From contig NC_042997.1 of assembly GCF_006345805.1 (NCBI RefSeq), forward strand, positions 119,226,001 to 119,290,000: a stretch of 64,000 bases of DNA. The letters run 5' to 3'. Every line of letters starts with the position of its first letter. Position 1 is the stretch's first letter. The stretch comes from Octopus sinensis. Taxonomy: Eukaryota. Below, in pieces: positions 1 through 12,552 of this stretch. Made by a program: the position numbers and the translations under genes. The notes under the pieces are model-generated. The model ran no database searches and was not told where the DNA came from. It saw nothing but the letters and a program-made list of their open reading frames with translations.

Positions 1-409
1 TTATGACTGCAATACTTTCTACGTAATGGTGACATTGCATTTCTTTTTTTCTTCATTCTTTCCTAATCTTAGTTCTTTTCTTCCTACTCCTCAACTCCAA
101 ACATCACCCACTCTTGCATATTTTTCGTCTCCACCTTTGCTTTATCGCTCATTGTTTTTTTTATATATTGCTTTGTTTTTGTTTACAATTGGACTATCTA
201 TTCAGTTGAACTCACCATTTTGTGTTGGCTGACTTAGAAATTCCTGGTGACAGTGTAACATTCATATCACTACGAAATTTCAGTGTGATAATTAGCTTTA
301 CAGAGTATATCTCAGTGCAAAGCAATGTGAATTTGTCGTTGTCGTGGTGGTGGCACTTACCTAGCGTACCTGATCGTTTAGATTACCTGTGAACAAAACT
401 CCAATATTT

Positions 410-723
410 TGTATATATAAATATATATATATATATATAAAAGTTGTGTTGTGTCTGTCTCCTACGATTTAGATTCCTAACTCCTCCCACATTTTCCGGT
501 GCAGTTTAACCAGAAGCGAGTATCTTATAGTCGTGATTCATATCGAGCCCTTCTGGGTATTAACGCGCGTGTACGGTGAGTCTACGATTAAAAAAAAAAA
601 TTACCATCATTTTTTTCCATTTTGAATGCATCTTTTGCTATTATATAAGGGAAGTAACTCTCTAAAAATGTTTATATAGTTATTTCCCTTACAAACCCGA
701 GCAACGCCAGGCGATACTGCTAG
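410..723 (+). mobile_element. non-autonomous Helitron-like element
   Basis: Ends in a GC-rich hairpin remnant cccgagcaacgccagg, then CTAG (720-723) and T. The 5' end is TA-rich, then aaaagttgtgttgtgtctgtc. The 5' TC is not clear. Confidence 0.5.
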
Positions 724-868
724 TATATATATATATATTTCTAGTGTATAGAGGGCATTATTACACATAAATTCCTCACACTAAGAGGGACAAAGTCATT
801 ACTACCAAAATTATACTAATCATACCTAAATGCAGTTTTTCAAAGCAAGACATTTAAAAAATGAATTT

Positions 869-926
869 AGTTCTGTATCACCGTGATTTCACATTCAACT
901 TACGTCTTATGATCCTCAGCAGAACT
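869..926 (-). ncRNA. type I hammerhead ribozyme motif
   Basis: Minus strand: agttctg CTGAGGA tcat..atgt GAAA tcacggtga TA cagaact. 7-bp helix I, intact core, near-palindromic helix III, AUA triplet. The first pair of helix II is U.U. Confidence 0.7.
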
Positions 927-999
927 GATTCTGAACACATCATAAATAAACTACCAACCTTACGTAGCGAAGACGAACAGACATCTGCTCAGAGCAGAT

Positions 1000-1687
1000 G
1001 TATGAATGAAAGCTTGTGTCACCAGTCTACTGGTGCCGAAGACTACTTGGTGTAATTGATAATTATTCCAAATTAATTAATTTCACCCTTCATTGTTACT
1101 CATAACCATATTCATCCCAGTAAATGACCACAGCACTTTGTCTTGGCTACACGCGGGTGGGAAGGGACTGGTGACACAAGCTTTCATTCATACTTTGAAT
1201 TTGGTGATACTAGCTGTGGCTTCTAGCTCGCTCTGATACTGAGTTGAGTTGGTGCCTTCTAGTATCTCAAAATTCAATATTCAATCATTCATGATTGTTT
1301 GTATCCTGCGCTGATGAGAGAAGAAGCCTGGGTAAGGTAGAATTATCTAATTCTTATTCTTTCCTAAGACTTGATCTCGAAACGTACGTCCGTAGGTGAC
1401 TTAAAACTGTATGATAGATTGCCGTTAATTCATTCTCTCTTACCTGTTTGTGTTTGCCTTTCAAATGCTGTGTCTTTACTGTGATCTCCCTTTTAGTAGA
1501 AGAAATAGCTATAATCTCTTTGACTGCTATTTCTAAATTCGGTGTGCGGTAAGGCAATTCGTTGCTAAACCCTTAATTGCTTAGTATTACTTAAATTTTC
1601 CTCGAATGAGGCTTTTACATGCCGAAGACTACTTGGTGTAATTGATAATTATTCCAAATTAATTATTTCACCCTTCATTGTTACTCA

Positions 1688-1691
<4 letters not shown>
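1000..1691 (+). mobile_element. non-autonomous Penelope-like/retrozyme-like unit with terminal redundancy
   Basis: Direct repeat 1034-1106 = 1620-1691 (one indel). Perfect 28-bp inverted copy 1000-1027 of 1166-1193. Internal hammerhead. Ends at (TA)n. Confidence 0.6.
1305..1396 (+). ncRNA. type I hammerhead ribozyme, canonical core
   Basis: cctgcg CTGATGA gaga..tctc GAAA cgtacg TC cgtagg. 6-bp helix I (one G.U), helix II GAGA/TCTC with a long extension, palindromic helix III, GUC triplet. Confidence 0.85.
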
Positions 1692-1786
<95 letters not shown>

Positions 1787-1854
1787 ATATATATATAATA
1801 TATATATATATATATTATTATATATATATATATATATATGTACATATATATACG

Positions 1855-1904
<50 letters not shown>

Positions 1905-1957
1905 TATATATATACGTATATATACATATATATACACATATATATATGTATATATAC

Positions 1958-1996
<39 letters not shown>

Positions 1997-2000
1997 TATA
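1692..2000. repeat. (TA)n compound microsatellite
   Basis: Read directly; source of several IY/YI pseudo-ORFs. Confidence 0.98.
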
Positions 2001-2500
2001 TATATTATATTAAATTAGAGATAAAACCACTATTAGGCAAATCAAACAATGAAAAACATAAGCCAATACATAAAATTAATTAATTTATATTATTTTAAAT
2101 ATATATCAAAATATAAAAAGTTTAATAAAAGATAAGAGTAAAATTATTATATTATTTATATCTTAAAAATATTGTTTAAATATTTCTGATTATATTTTAG
2201 ATATTTCAATTAACCTGAAGATTGACTGTAACCATAACTCGAATTATTACGAATTGTACAGCCATGAAACGATCGTAGTGTTTTACTCTTATCTTTTATT
2301 AAACTTTTAATACTTTTGATATATATTTAAAATAATATAAATTAATTAATTTTATGTATTGGCTTATGTTTTTCATTGTTTGATTTGCCTAATAGTGGTT
2401 TTATCTTTAATTTAATATAATATAATATATTTATACTATAAAATTGGATTTATTCCTAAACCTGATTTTTCCCTGTAAGTTTGGATTTATTCCCTAATAT
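2001..2500 (+). mobile_element. Penelope-like terminal remnant with ~140-bp inverted repeat
   Basis: Arms 2001-2142 and 2282-2424 are near-identical inverted copies. The spacer holds a hammerhead-like core. Confidence 0.55.
2211..2282 (+). ncRNA. hammerhead motif with weak helix I
   Basis: CTGAAGA ttgactgta..tacagccat GAAA cgatcg TA. Core intact, helix II imperfect, helix I poorly paired. Confidence 0.5.
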
Positions 2501-2572
2501 TTTATTACATATATATATATATATAATATATATAATATATATATATATAATATTATATATATATACATATAC

Positions 2573-2605
<33 letters not shown>

Positions 2606-2611
2606 ATACAT

Positions 2612-2670
<59 letters not shown>

Positions 2671-2828
2671 ATATATATTGGGGGTGAGTTCACGGAAAAC
2701 AGAAAAGACGAAGAGAGGTGGTGTATAAATCTCACACAGGTGTTAGAGACAGAACATTATGACAAACATGGTGCATTATAGTCAGAAACTACACTTTCTC
2801 TCTTATACATTTTATGTTATGTGGGCAA

Positions 2829-3424
2829 TCATTTTGTCGAGAATTCTAGTGAATGCTTGCTGTGGAACTCGACGCAGTTAATTACTTTCCATATCTCACA
2901 GTCTGCATCGTCTGCTTTATTTATTAAATATTGAGAACGTGAAACATTTTCTTTTCCTTTCATTTCAAGGCTTTCTAGCGTACTTGAGTGATCAGTTTGT
3001 GAAAACACTTCGTAAGAGTAAATCCGTTGTTTCCTGTCTTCAGTTGAAATGCTTTTCCCATCGGATGTCTCGCCTTCTAAAGGCACGGTGTACACCGCAG
3101 CAATAATTCTAGAGCTACTATCACATAATATAATTACATGACGGTGCGCTCTTGAATATTGGTGTTTCACAGTTCTTTTGAGTGTGAGCGCATCGAGCCG
3201 TTTCCATGATATATTCCTATTGTAGATTTCCTCAATTGAGCGTAATTTTTTATACACCCGAGTCCTTTTATTTGCCCAAATGTTCATACGTGATTTTGAA
3301 ATATTCCGCAAATAGTTTGTATGATGTTATGATAGAACAAGTACGTTTTTTTGTAAATATTCCAATAGTCTTCAAATTGGTAAATATTATTTCCTTTGCG
3401 AAAGCTTGGTAGGTAGTAGCAAAT
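2829..3424 (-). other. possible coding exon or pseudo-exon, product unknown
   Basis: About 165 stop-free codons (2829-3326) of non-repetitive sequence. Candidate acceptor tctatttcttcag at 3425, with one in-frame TAA at 3327-3329. No recognised motif. Confidence 0.25.
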
Positions 3425-3664
3425 CTGAAGAAATAGATTTATGAGTACAGAGAATTGATGGTTGCAGCAGGGGTGGCCGAGGGATGAGAAGAATGAGAAA
3501 AAAAGATGACGAGGAGGAGGAGGAGGAGGAAGAGAAGTAGATGAAAGAAGAGAAGTAGGAGTAGGAAAAGAAGTGGAGAAGGAGAAAGAAAAGAAAAAGA
3601 ATGGAGTGATGTGACAGTAGATTCTTAACGGTCATATGACCTAAATGTAACCTGTTGTGGTCGT

Positions 3665-3665
<1 letters not shown>

Positions 3666-3723
<58 letters not shown>

Positions 3724-3725
3724 AT

Positions 3726-3807
<82 letters not shown>

Positions 3808-3813
3808 CAGATA
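3666..3813. repeat. (TA)n-(GA)n-(GATA)n compound microsatellite
   Basis: Read directly. Confidence 0.97.
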
Positions 3814-4023
3814 GAAATCCAAATTGAGTGAGTAGGGCAGGTAAAATGCACGCTATGTATGTTTCTTAGGTAGCTGAAGCTCGTGATGCACTAATCGTGT
3901 TACGAGGTTTCCTATTGGAGTACGCCTAATGTGAACAACTATAGAATGGAAGATGACATATGTGTTTAATGTAATTTGCAGCGTATAGTGTTTCAATAAG
4001 GAAATAAAGCGTCCCTCCAGTTC

Positions 4024-4067
<44 letters not shown>

Positions 4068-5112
4068 GAGTTATCCTATGTTTACTGTCAACATGGAATA
4101 TTCGATGAACCGATATCAGGGTAGCAAATTCACGGCAGAAACACGGTTGAAGCGACCTATCCAAAGGTAGAAACTCCGGTTTCATGTGCAGAAATGTGTG
4201 TGTAATATATGAATAAATAAATAAATAGAGTTGTACGAATATGTTAATAAAAGTAAAGAAATTTTATTAACATCTTCGTTCAACTCCATTTATTTATTCA
4301 TATATATATATATATATATATATCTTTGTATATGTCTCTGCGTGTGGCGTGCTCTAGTGTGTGTGTGTGTGTGCGTATGTGTGTGTGTGTGTGTGTGTTT
4401 GTGTAGCATATTTCCACATATATTTTATTTATCACAATTCCTGATTCTAAAATATATAGAACATGAACATTTTTTAATATTTCCAGTTTAACTCAGACAC
4501 ATCTAGAGGCAAGTGGTTCATGGTAAATAAAGTCATTTTCTAATAAACTAAATATAAATTACATTTAATTTGACTACTTGCAATTTTAGATAAATTTTAT
4601 TTCATTTCTCACATAACATTGGAAAAAGAAATCAATTACTTCTCTTAATTTAGTGGCATACTTGTATTTAAGAATATCGAGCACTACTTGACATCAACCA
4701 TAATTGACTCTACAAAAGAAGCACTTATGTGAAGTACGCTTAAGCTAATGCTCTTGCAATACAATACTACAAGAAAGTACTCAGAATATTTGTAATAATT
4801 CTGAAGAGGTTCTTCGTGAATCAAGGAAAGAAACACGTTCGGCTAAATCAGGCTTATTAACCGTCTCACTCAAATTATTGCTTATTGTCATACAGAAGGG
4901 TAGAGGCTATTGTAGTCCGAAATGCATCGTATCTTAGAAACGGAATGTTAAATTTGTTACTGTTTACTACGACTGTGCTCATAAGACTGCTCGGTAAATG
5001 TCGAACGTAATAGACGTGGTCACCTAAATGGTTGACCAACGTATTATTAGCCGAAAATTTTCTTCAAATGTCACCTCACTGTCTTTAATCACGGTATCAT
5101 AGAAAACATTAT

Positions 5113-5342
5113 GGTGGCGAGCTGGCAGAAACGTTAGCACACCGGGCGAAATGCATAGCGGTATTTAGTCTGCCGTTACTTTCTGAGTTCAAATTCCGCC
5201 GAGGTCGACTTTGCCTTTCATCCTTTCGGGGTCGATAAATTAAGTACCAGTAACGCACTGGGGTCAATATAATCGACTTAATCCGTGTGTCTGTCCTTGT
5301 TTGTCCTCTCTGTGTTTATCCCCTTGTGGGTTGTAAAGAAAC
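5113..5342 (+). mobile_element. tRNA-derived SINE, family 1
   Basis: A-box-like tggcagaaacgttagc and B-box-like gagttcaaattcc. Central gtcgactttgcctttcatcctttcggggtcgataaa. Further copies at 21567-21808 and 39385-39692. Confidence 0.9.
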
Positions 5343-8300
5343 AGGTATCATAGATAACATAATGCGGATTTTACGATTCCTCGAAGAAAATGTTGAAATG
5401 GCTATTTTCGGTTCATCAACATCCCGCTCAAGAGAGCAGAGAGTGGAGGCTAAAGAAAACCAACCATCACCAATTAAAAAGAACAATTACAACAGCAATA
5501 GGGTTTCAATTAATAATACACAATACGAATAAAATAAACGTACCGATTACTAAAATGTGCATTTCCATTTGTAAATAGTTAAAGATACAGACTTTTCCCC
5601 GAAAATACTGCTTCGAGAGTAGGGAAGTGATTTAAAGATTTCTTGAATGACTACAAGCGTTATCACATCAACTGTGCGAATAATGACTGTTATGCTGGCA
5701 AGACACTGGTTTAATAAGATAATAAGATGCCCACCGGAAAACTGCAACGTTCTTCTGTTTATAGATAACCAAGACGAACGTATATGGATTTCAATGCTGT
5801 GTAGCTACAGGATTATTCAGCTTGAATAGCATAGCACCCAAGTTTCCGTAGATGACACCACATCACCTGAGAATTATCATTGCTAGTTATGGGTTGTCAT
5901 TCATTATGGATCTACCTCGTCGGGGTTTAAACTGTGAAAAGTAGCAACGTCTATCACCTCGCTCAGTTAGTCTGGAACACTTAAAACTGCTGCTGACGTT
6001 GCCACCACTTTCATGATTTCATACTAAAAGTTGATTATATCGTAGCTATTTTGTTATCTTATATTAACCCCTTGGCAACGGTTGAAGCAAATATGCGTTC
6101 ACACTTTTGCTTGCCTACCCGCAGTTAACGTAAATATACGATGTAGAGCTGCCCTACATCTATCACGGACTTATTAGCGGTTGACGTATGTTTACGTTCG
6201 CTATCGTGTACTTTATCTCTTGAGGTGCGCGCATTCGCCGTCCCGTGCATTATCTTAGCTATTGTAGGTTACGTTCAAGTCACGAAACTAGCAGTAGATC
6301 ATTGACATGCGGATACTTTACATGCATAATACCGTGTTTTGAGTTGTACCACACGCAAGCTATTTTCTGAACTTGAGCAGAATAACTTGTGCATATCATA
6401 TTATGATAAATATCCTCACATAGTTCGTTTTCATAAACCGTAAACGTAAATATACTACGCTATGTTATTGTAACGGTGAACGCAAATAGACGCGAGCTCG
6501 TTGGCACTTGTGTGTTAATGTGGCCTCATTAGATAAAAAAAACCGGAGCAGTGTTTCGCATGTTTCGTGTAATACCGGCGTCAAGGGGTCAATCCTACAT
6601 CAGTCCCGATTGAGAAAACATGTATTCAAATGTATTCCAAAGATTCACGCTGTTTTTAGATTAAAAAAAATACAGTTAGGGACATATCAGCTAATGAACA
6701 CCTCATATCTTAAAACGTGCTGTGTGAAGAAAGTGGATCGTACATGAATCTTACAAATATGAGGATGTCTATTGGGTTTCTCTTTTGTTTAGTTTTTCAT
6801 AAATATCTAATACTGATTAAAATTTGATCATAGAGCGCAAAAGAAATTTATTTCAATTGTAAACAGTAGAGGTTAAAAAGCAGAGACAAGCAATTAATTT
6901 CTTTCATTGATTCAAAAAAAAATCAAAATATTAAAGAAAATCACTAGTGCAGGCATGGCTATGTGGTTAAGAAGCGCGTCTTGTAATCATGCGGTTTCTT
7001 GTTCATTACTACCGTTGGGCAATTTGGGAATAGAATCTCAAACAATAACGTTGAACCACCCAGTGCCATTTAAGTGAGTGTATGGAAAATGTGTTTTTAT
7101 TAAAAGGGTTGCTTTTGGACACACGAAGAATCATTTCATATACACTCATTACAGAACAGAAAAATCATTTCGCAACACCATTCCTCCGAAGATTTCCTTA
7201 AGAAGTGACCCTATCCTCCAAATAGTGAAATACAAGATAAAAGTACAAACCACGATTTGCATAATCTTTATAGCATGCGTATCTTTGGCTTTTAAAAATA
7301 TGTGTGTATGTGAGTGTGTGTGGTGTATGTGTGTGTGTGTGTATGTGTGTGTGTGTGTATGTGTGTGTGTGTGAACTCGCCTATATCTATCCCTTTATGT
7401 TGGGCGTAACGAAAATGTCTGTATGTCGTTAGTCGCAGCTTTAGAAACAGCGATGAAATTTATCTCAAACCACAGCGTACTTTAATAATTAAAAAAGGAA
7501 GGATATGTTGAATAATAAAAGTTGCGATACACCACGTATCAAAAACAGAAATAAAATAAAGGCTGAGATGCCTGGCCATATGTTCTATTAACGAGTTTTT
7601 TCAAGGGTAGAACAGGTGAGGACACTAACGTGAATTCCCCATCCCTCGATAGGAAATAAAAGCATTGTATTCAGTACTGTTTTTCTTCATATGCCTGCTC
7701 TATGAAACTTGGCGTGGAATTAAACAACATCAACAAACTTCATTATCAGAGTGATAAAATAATAATAGTTTATAAAATTTACATTTCCTAGCGTTTTATG
7801 TTCTGAACTTAACGATAGATAATATAACTAATAGAACACTGTGCCATTTGGAAGATCTTATCTAAAATTCATACCTGTTTCATAACGAATCGTTAATGGG
7901 AAGTCATATATGTCTCGTATAATTTGATAACGACCCTTCATATAGCTACAACTTTGTTAGCAGTTTTGTTCTTGTAAAGCCTGGATTTAAAAATATTTCT
8001 AAATAGTGGTTGTTACAAGCCAAGAATAATGATTACGAGGGCATTTCCAAAAGCGGTTGGGATATATATTTTGTGATCATACCTCAATCATACGTTTACA
8101 TTAATATCTCGTTAGAGAGAATCATTTAAGCAAATAATCCATGGAAAAACAGAGTAGAAAATGATTAATACATTTGCTTCTGAATGTTGTTGAGGTATAT
8201 AGTTTCTATTCTATTTTCTCAGATATTCACGTAATGTATAAGAAATATATTACAATTATTTCAACACAAATAATATTAATGTGAATGAAGAGTTATATCA

Positions 8301-8539
8301 TCTATTAAAATAAATAAAAATCATTCTAGCTTTATCATTATTTGATTTGCATATATAACAAAGACATATTTCATAACTTCACATAGAAAATTGGATTAAA
8401 AATCTCAGAATATGAGCTGTAAAAAATTTACGAGTTACAATACATACTCAGAACAAGATTATAAAGATACGTATCTTAAAATATATTTTACACTAAAAAT
8501 AAGAAAAAAAAGACAAACACACACATTTGGTGCATGAGT

Positions 8540-8760
8540 TTACGTGGCTGATCTCTCTTGTCGCTTTCAGGAGTGAGAGTGCGGCAAGATGTAGCTGCAC
8601 AGTGTATCTAGTTTATTGATTTGTGGTGTCGTACGAAATCCACATGCTCCTGATGATTGTAGAAACGTCTATCAGCCCTTGGCTGTCGGTGTCCATGAGT
8701 AAAGACTTCCATTATCATTCACCCTCTGACTATGTCGTTCCTTTACATATCCCTGAGGAA
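8540..8760 (-). mobile_element. highly decayed Ty3/Gypsy-like pol remnant
   Basis: Frameshifted translation gives DVSTII..DFVRHHK..EISHVNS, resembling the protease-RT linker of Gypsy elements. Confidence 0.3.
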
Positions 8761-9152
8761 GTTTGATGGTGTTTGGTGCTAATGTCTTTGATGAACAAGC
8801 TGCACGATGAACATTATTAGAGTGGACTAGGGTTATCTGGAACTAGTATTATCTGGAGGCAGTACTGTTCTCTTGTCCTTTAAACAGAAGCCCTGTTGAT
8901 GTCAGGATACAGGATTAGGATTTGAAAGTAGTCACCTCTCTTAGACGAGAACTGAAAGAGCTGAAAGGGGTTACTTAGAGATACCTGTTTCAGGAGTCAT
9001 TTTCTTGATATGCTACAAAACGCATGGCTGGGACTCTAGGACCTGAGTAGCGCTGAAAACAATCGCGGTAAACAGGTGCTTTCCTCGAAATTCGTGACCA
9101 AGGACCCAAAAGTAGAAGGATTTTAACGTTATATCAAGGACACACACATATG

Positions 9153-9211
<59 letters not shown>

Positions 9212-9279
9212 GATAATAATAATAATAATAATATGAGGGAATGTTATTCCAAACATACAGGGAAAATTTCAATTTAGAA

Positions 9280-9335
<56 letters not shown>

Positions 9336-9336
<1 letters not shown>

Positions 9337-9530
9337 TGGAGGCACAATGGCCCAGTGGTTAGGGCAGCGGACTCGCGGTCGTAGGATTGCGGTTTCGATT
9401 CCGAGACCGGGCGCTGTGCGTTTTTATTGAGCGAAAGCACCTAAAGCTCCACGAGGCTCCGGCAGGAGGTAGTAGTGATCCCTGCTGTACTCTTTCACCA
9501 CAACTTTCTCTCACTCTTTCTTCTGTTGGC
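9336..9530 (+). mobile_element. tRNA-derived SINE, family 2
   Basis: Head gtggaggcacaatggcccagtggttagggcagcggactcgcggtcgtaggattgcggtttcgattcc (A and B boxes) runs into a non-tRNA body. Second copy at 50867. Confidence 0.85.
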
Positions 9531-10423
9531 CTATTCGGTCACATAATCACGTGATATGATGGAAAAGCAGAGAAAAACGCCAAGTACAAACATCAACACG
9601 AGAACGTGGTACATGCAATGCAAAGTATTAATAAGACGCTCAGAGTAGGAAAGAGAGAGTGGTTGTTTTACCTTTCGACCAAAGAACTACTTCGGAAACA
9701 GGAATTATAGGAAAGTCTAAAAAGAAGGTTAGAGGAGGAAAAAACAGTCAACGGTCCACGTGTAGTTACATTTATAAATATTAGAATAACAAAAAGAATG
9801 AATTATATATTTGAAAAAAGTGAGAAGAAATGGCATTTTTAGGGGATAGCTTTTTTAATTTTAATGATAATGTTTACAGTAAGTTATGACTTTCAAGCTT
9901 CAAATAGCCGTTTACAAACTGAAGAATACATGTTTCACTGGTTGCTTAAATAGAAATATAATTAGATAGTAAAAAATGTATATGAAAAACATAAGAAAAA
10001 AGATATTAATAATGATGATGGAGAATAAGTTGAAGAAGAAGAATAAAGAAAGAAAAATAAGTAGAACAAGAATAAGAAAGACAAAGAAAGAAGAAGAGGC
10101 GGAAGAAGATGCAGAAAGAGAGAGAAAGGGAAAATAAAATAAAGGTAAGAGTAAAAGTAAATATAAAAATAAAGATAGTAATTGTAAACAGATGGCGAAG
10201 GAGTGTTGAGTACACCAAGAATACAGAAATGGAATATTTTGGAGAGGTGAATGTCATTGAATTGTCAGATGACCACTGGGTTGCCTGCTGATTTCAGGAC
10301 ACCTATTCATTTAGTTCTCACAAGTGGTATGATGTACACAACTCTAAACATACTATATGTATATATACATACACACACATATATGCATATGCATATACAT
10401 ATATATATGTATATATATATATT

Positions 10424-10866
10424 TATATATTATAAAAATAGGGTTCAGTAAAATAATTTACTTTATCACACACCGAACTTTTTAGAAATAGCAGCCAAGA
10501 ATTTTAGCTATTTCTTCTACTGTAAGAAAAATCTCCCAGACAATGCATACTCAAAAATAACTCACACAGGTATAGAGGGAAACATAACGAAAGATCACAC
10601 TATATAAATTACCTGAGAACATGCCCATTTCTGGATTAGTTGATTATAATGATCAACATTCCCTTCGTCAGCTCAAGGATTTCTGAGATTTGGATTTGAA
10701 AGTAATAAAAATCAAACATACCCGTCTGGTACGAGTAATCCCAGACAAACCATATCAGACCGCCAGTACCAACGAATTTAAAAATACAAGTGAGGCCTCG
10801 CATTCGTCCCCTTCCTCCGTGTGGTAACATAAATTATTTTACTGAACCCTATTTTTATAATATATA
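10424..10866. mobile_element. ~440-bp element with perfect 37-bp terminal inverted repeats and a decayed hammerhead core
   Basis: 10424-10460 is the reverse complement of 10830-10866. The minus strand at 10618-10678 carries cttgag CTGACGA aggg..cca GAAA..ctcagg. Confidence 0.55.
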
Positions 10867-11449
10867 TTTATATATATATATATACACAATATATACTATA
10901 TATGCATATGTATATATATACATATATATATATTTATATATATACACAATATATACTATATATGCATATAATATATATATATATATATAATATATATATA
11001 TACATATATATTGATATTGATATACGTACACGCGTCTTAATCCTTCAGTCACATATATGCATACACACACACACACACACACATACATACATATGTATTC
11101 AAGCATGCATACGTAGCTATTTTGGAAAATGTGTTTGTTAAAAGGCGATATTAGTGCTTTTGCGCATATATACATACTTGGGATTATCTATAGTTTTATC
11201 TATAGTTTTATCTGCTTCCACATCAACCGATCACAAACAGAATAATTTATAAGTTGTTTTTATAAGCATTTATAAGTTGTTCATACATACATTTTTTTGT
11301 TTATGTATATATATATTTATACAGATTTGTTTTATTCATATTATTCCTGCACAGGTACAACAGGATTTAAGTATCCGGAATACTATTTCGCGCCTTTGTA
11401 CGTGTTATCCTAGGTACACAGCAGTTAATAATTAGGAAATTTTGTCACA

Positions 11450-11630
11450 AGACCAGTATTTTTAGGGGAGGGGAAAAGTCGATTACATCGAAGCCAGTGT
11501 TCAACACGTACTTCTTTTATCAGCCTCTAGACGATGAAAGGCAAATATGACCTTGGAGAAATTTTAACTTAGAATGTAAAACCGAAAGAAATGTGGCTAA
11601 GTGTATGATTCATCGTACAAACGATGCTGC
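11450..11630 (-). mobile_element. decayed SINE family 1
   Basis: aagtcgattacatcga..gatgaaaggcaaa resembles the reverse complement of the family 1 core. Confidence 0.55.
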
Positions 11631-11645
11631 TACGTCAACACATGA

Positions 11646-11646
11646 A

Positions 11647-11696
<50 letters not shown>

Positions 11697-11787
11697 TTAC
11701 TACAACTACTACTGCTGCTGCTGCTACTTCTAACTACTACTACTACTACTACTACTACTGCTGCTGATGCTGCTACTGCTGCTGCTG

Positions 11788-11829
<42 letters not shown>

Positions 11830-11839
11830 ATAATAATAA

Positions 11840-11870
<31 letters not shown>
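11646..11870. repeat. (TAC)n/(TGC)n/(TAA)n microsatellite
   Basis: Read directly. Confidence 0.97.
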
Positions 11871-11879
11871 GCGAATATC

Positions 11880-12390
11880 TGTCTGGCTGACGGAAGGAAC
11901 AACATACCTTCTAACCAAAACTGAAGAAGCAAAAAATTCAAAGAACCACCACCTACAAGATACTCACATCCATGTTAACCGAAAGAATATAGACTTTCCT
12001 GGAACAGATCTCTATCCTTTCACGAGCTCAAGAAAATTTTAAGAGGAATTCTGGTGGATGCAAAATCAATTACTCATAAATAACAATTTTAGAGAATTGC
12101 CAGAGCAAAAAGAACATGAGTATATTATGGATAGACTAGAAGAAAGATTTTGATAGTGTCACACAAGGCCCTTGAGATATACACGATCTTTCTTGTCGTC
12201 TCTAATTTCGTGGAAGGTAGCATAGCCAAGTGGAATACACGACTCCTTCTAAACCATAGTAATGTGATGAAACAATCTAACAATGTCAACATCAAACGAG
12301 GCATCTTTCAATGTGACTCCTTCTCCCTATGACTCTTTTGCATGACACTGATCCCACTCTCAAACGAACTGAGTAACACCGGGAAAAGTT
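11880..12390 (+). mobile_element. decayed R4/Dong-type non-LTR RT fragment
   Basis: Translation includes NVNIKRGIFQCDSFS..LFCMTLIPLSNELSNTG (cf. RGIFQGDSLSPLLF). Follows (TAA)n. Confidence 0.6.
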
Positions 12391-12396
12391 TCAAAA

Positions 12397-12552
12397 TGGC
12401 TTCTTTCAGTTTCCGTCTACCAAATCCACTCACAAGGTTTTGGTCGGACCAAGGTTGTAGTAGAAGACACTTGCCCAAGGCGCCTACCACGCAGTGAGAA
12501 ATTGACCCAGATCCGTGTGGTTGGTATGCAAGATACTTACCACACAGCCACA
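12397..12552 (-). mobile_element. SINE family 3 (CORE-like), 5' part
   Basis: Reverse complement has ccttgggcaagtgtcttctactac..gtgagtggatttggtagacggaaactgaaagaagcc, matching 38724-39126. Confidence 0.85.

Noticed and set aside
8033-8060. tacgagggcatttccaaaag, mariner-TIR-like
   Set aside because: No matching second TIR or transposase sequence found nearby.
8650-8672. CTGATGA ttgta GAAA cg TC hammerhead-like core
   Set aside because: No helix I pairing and only a 1-bp helix II; lies in a decayed coding remnant.
9336-9415. tRNA-like sequences (also 5113, 38724, 47720-47797, 50867, 57420-57495)
   Set aside because: A and B boxes are present, but there is no complete cloverleaf or terminator and they run into SINE bodies; these are SINE heads, not tRNA genes.
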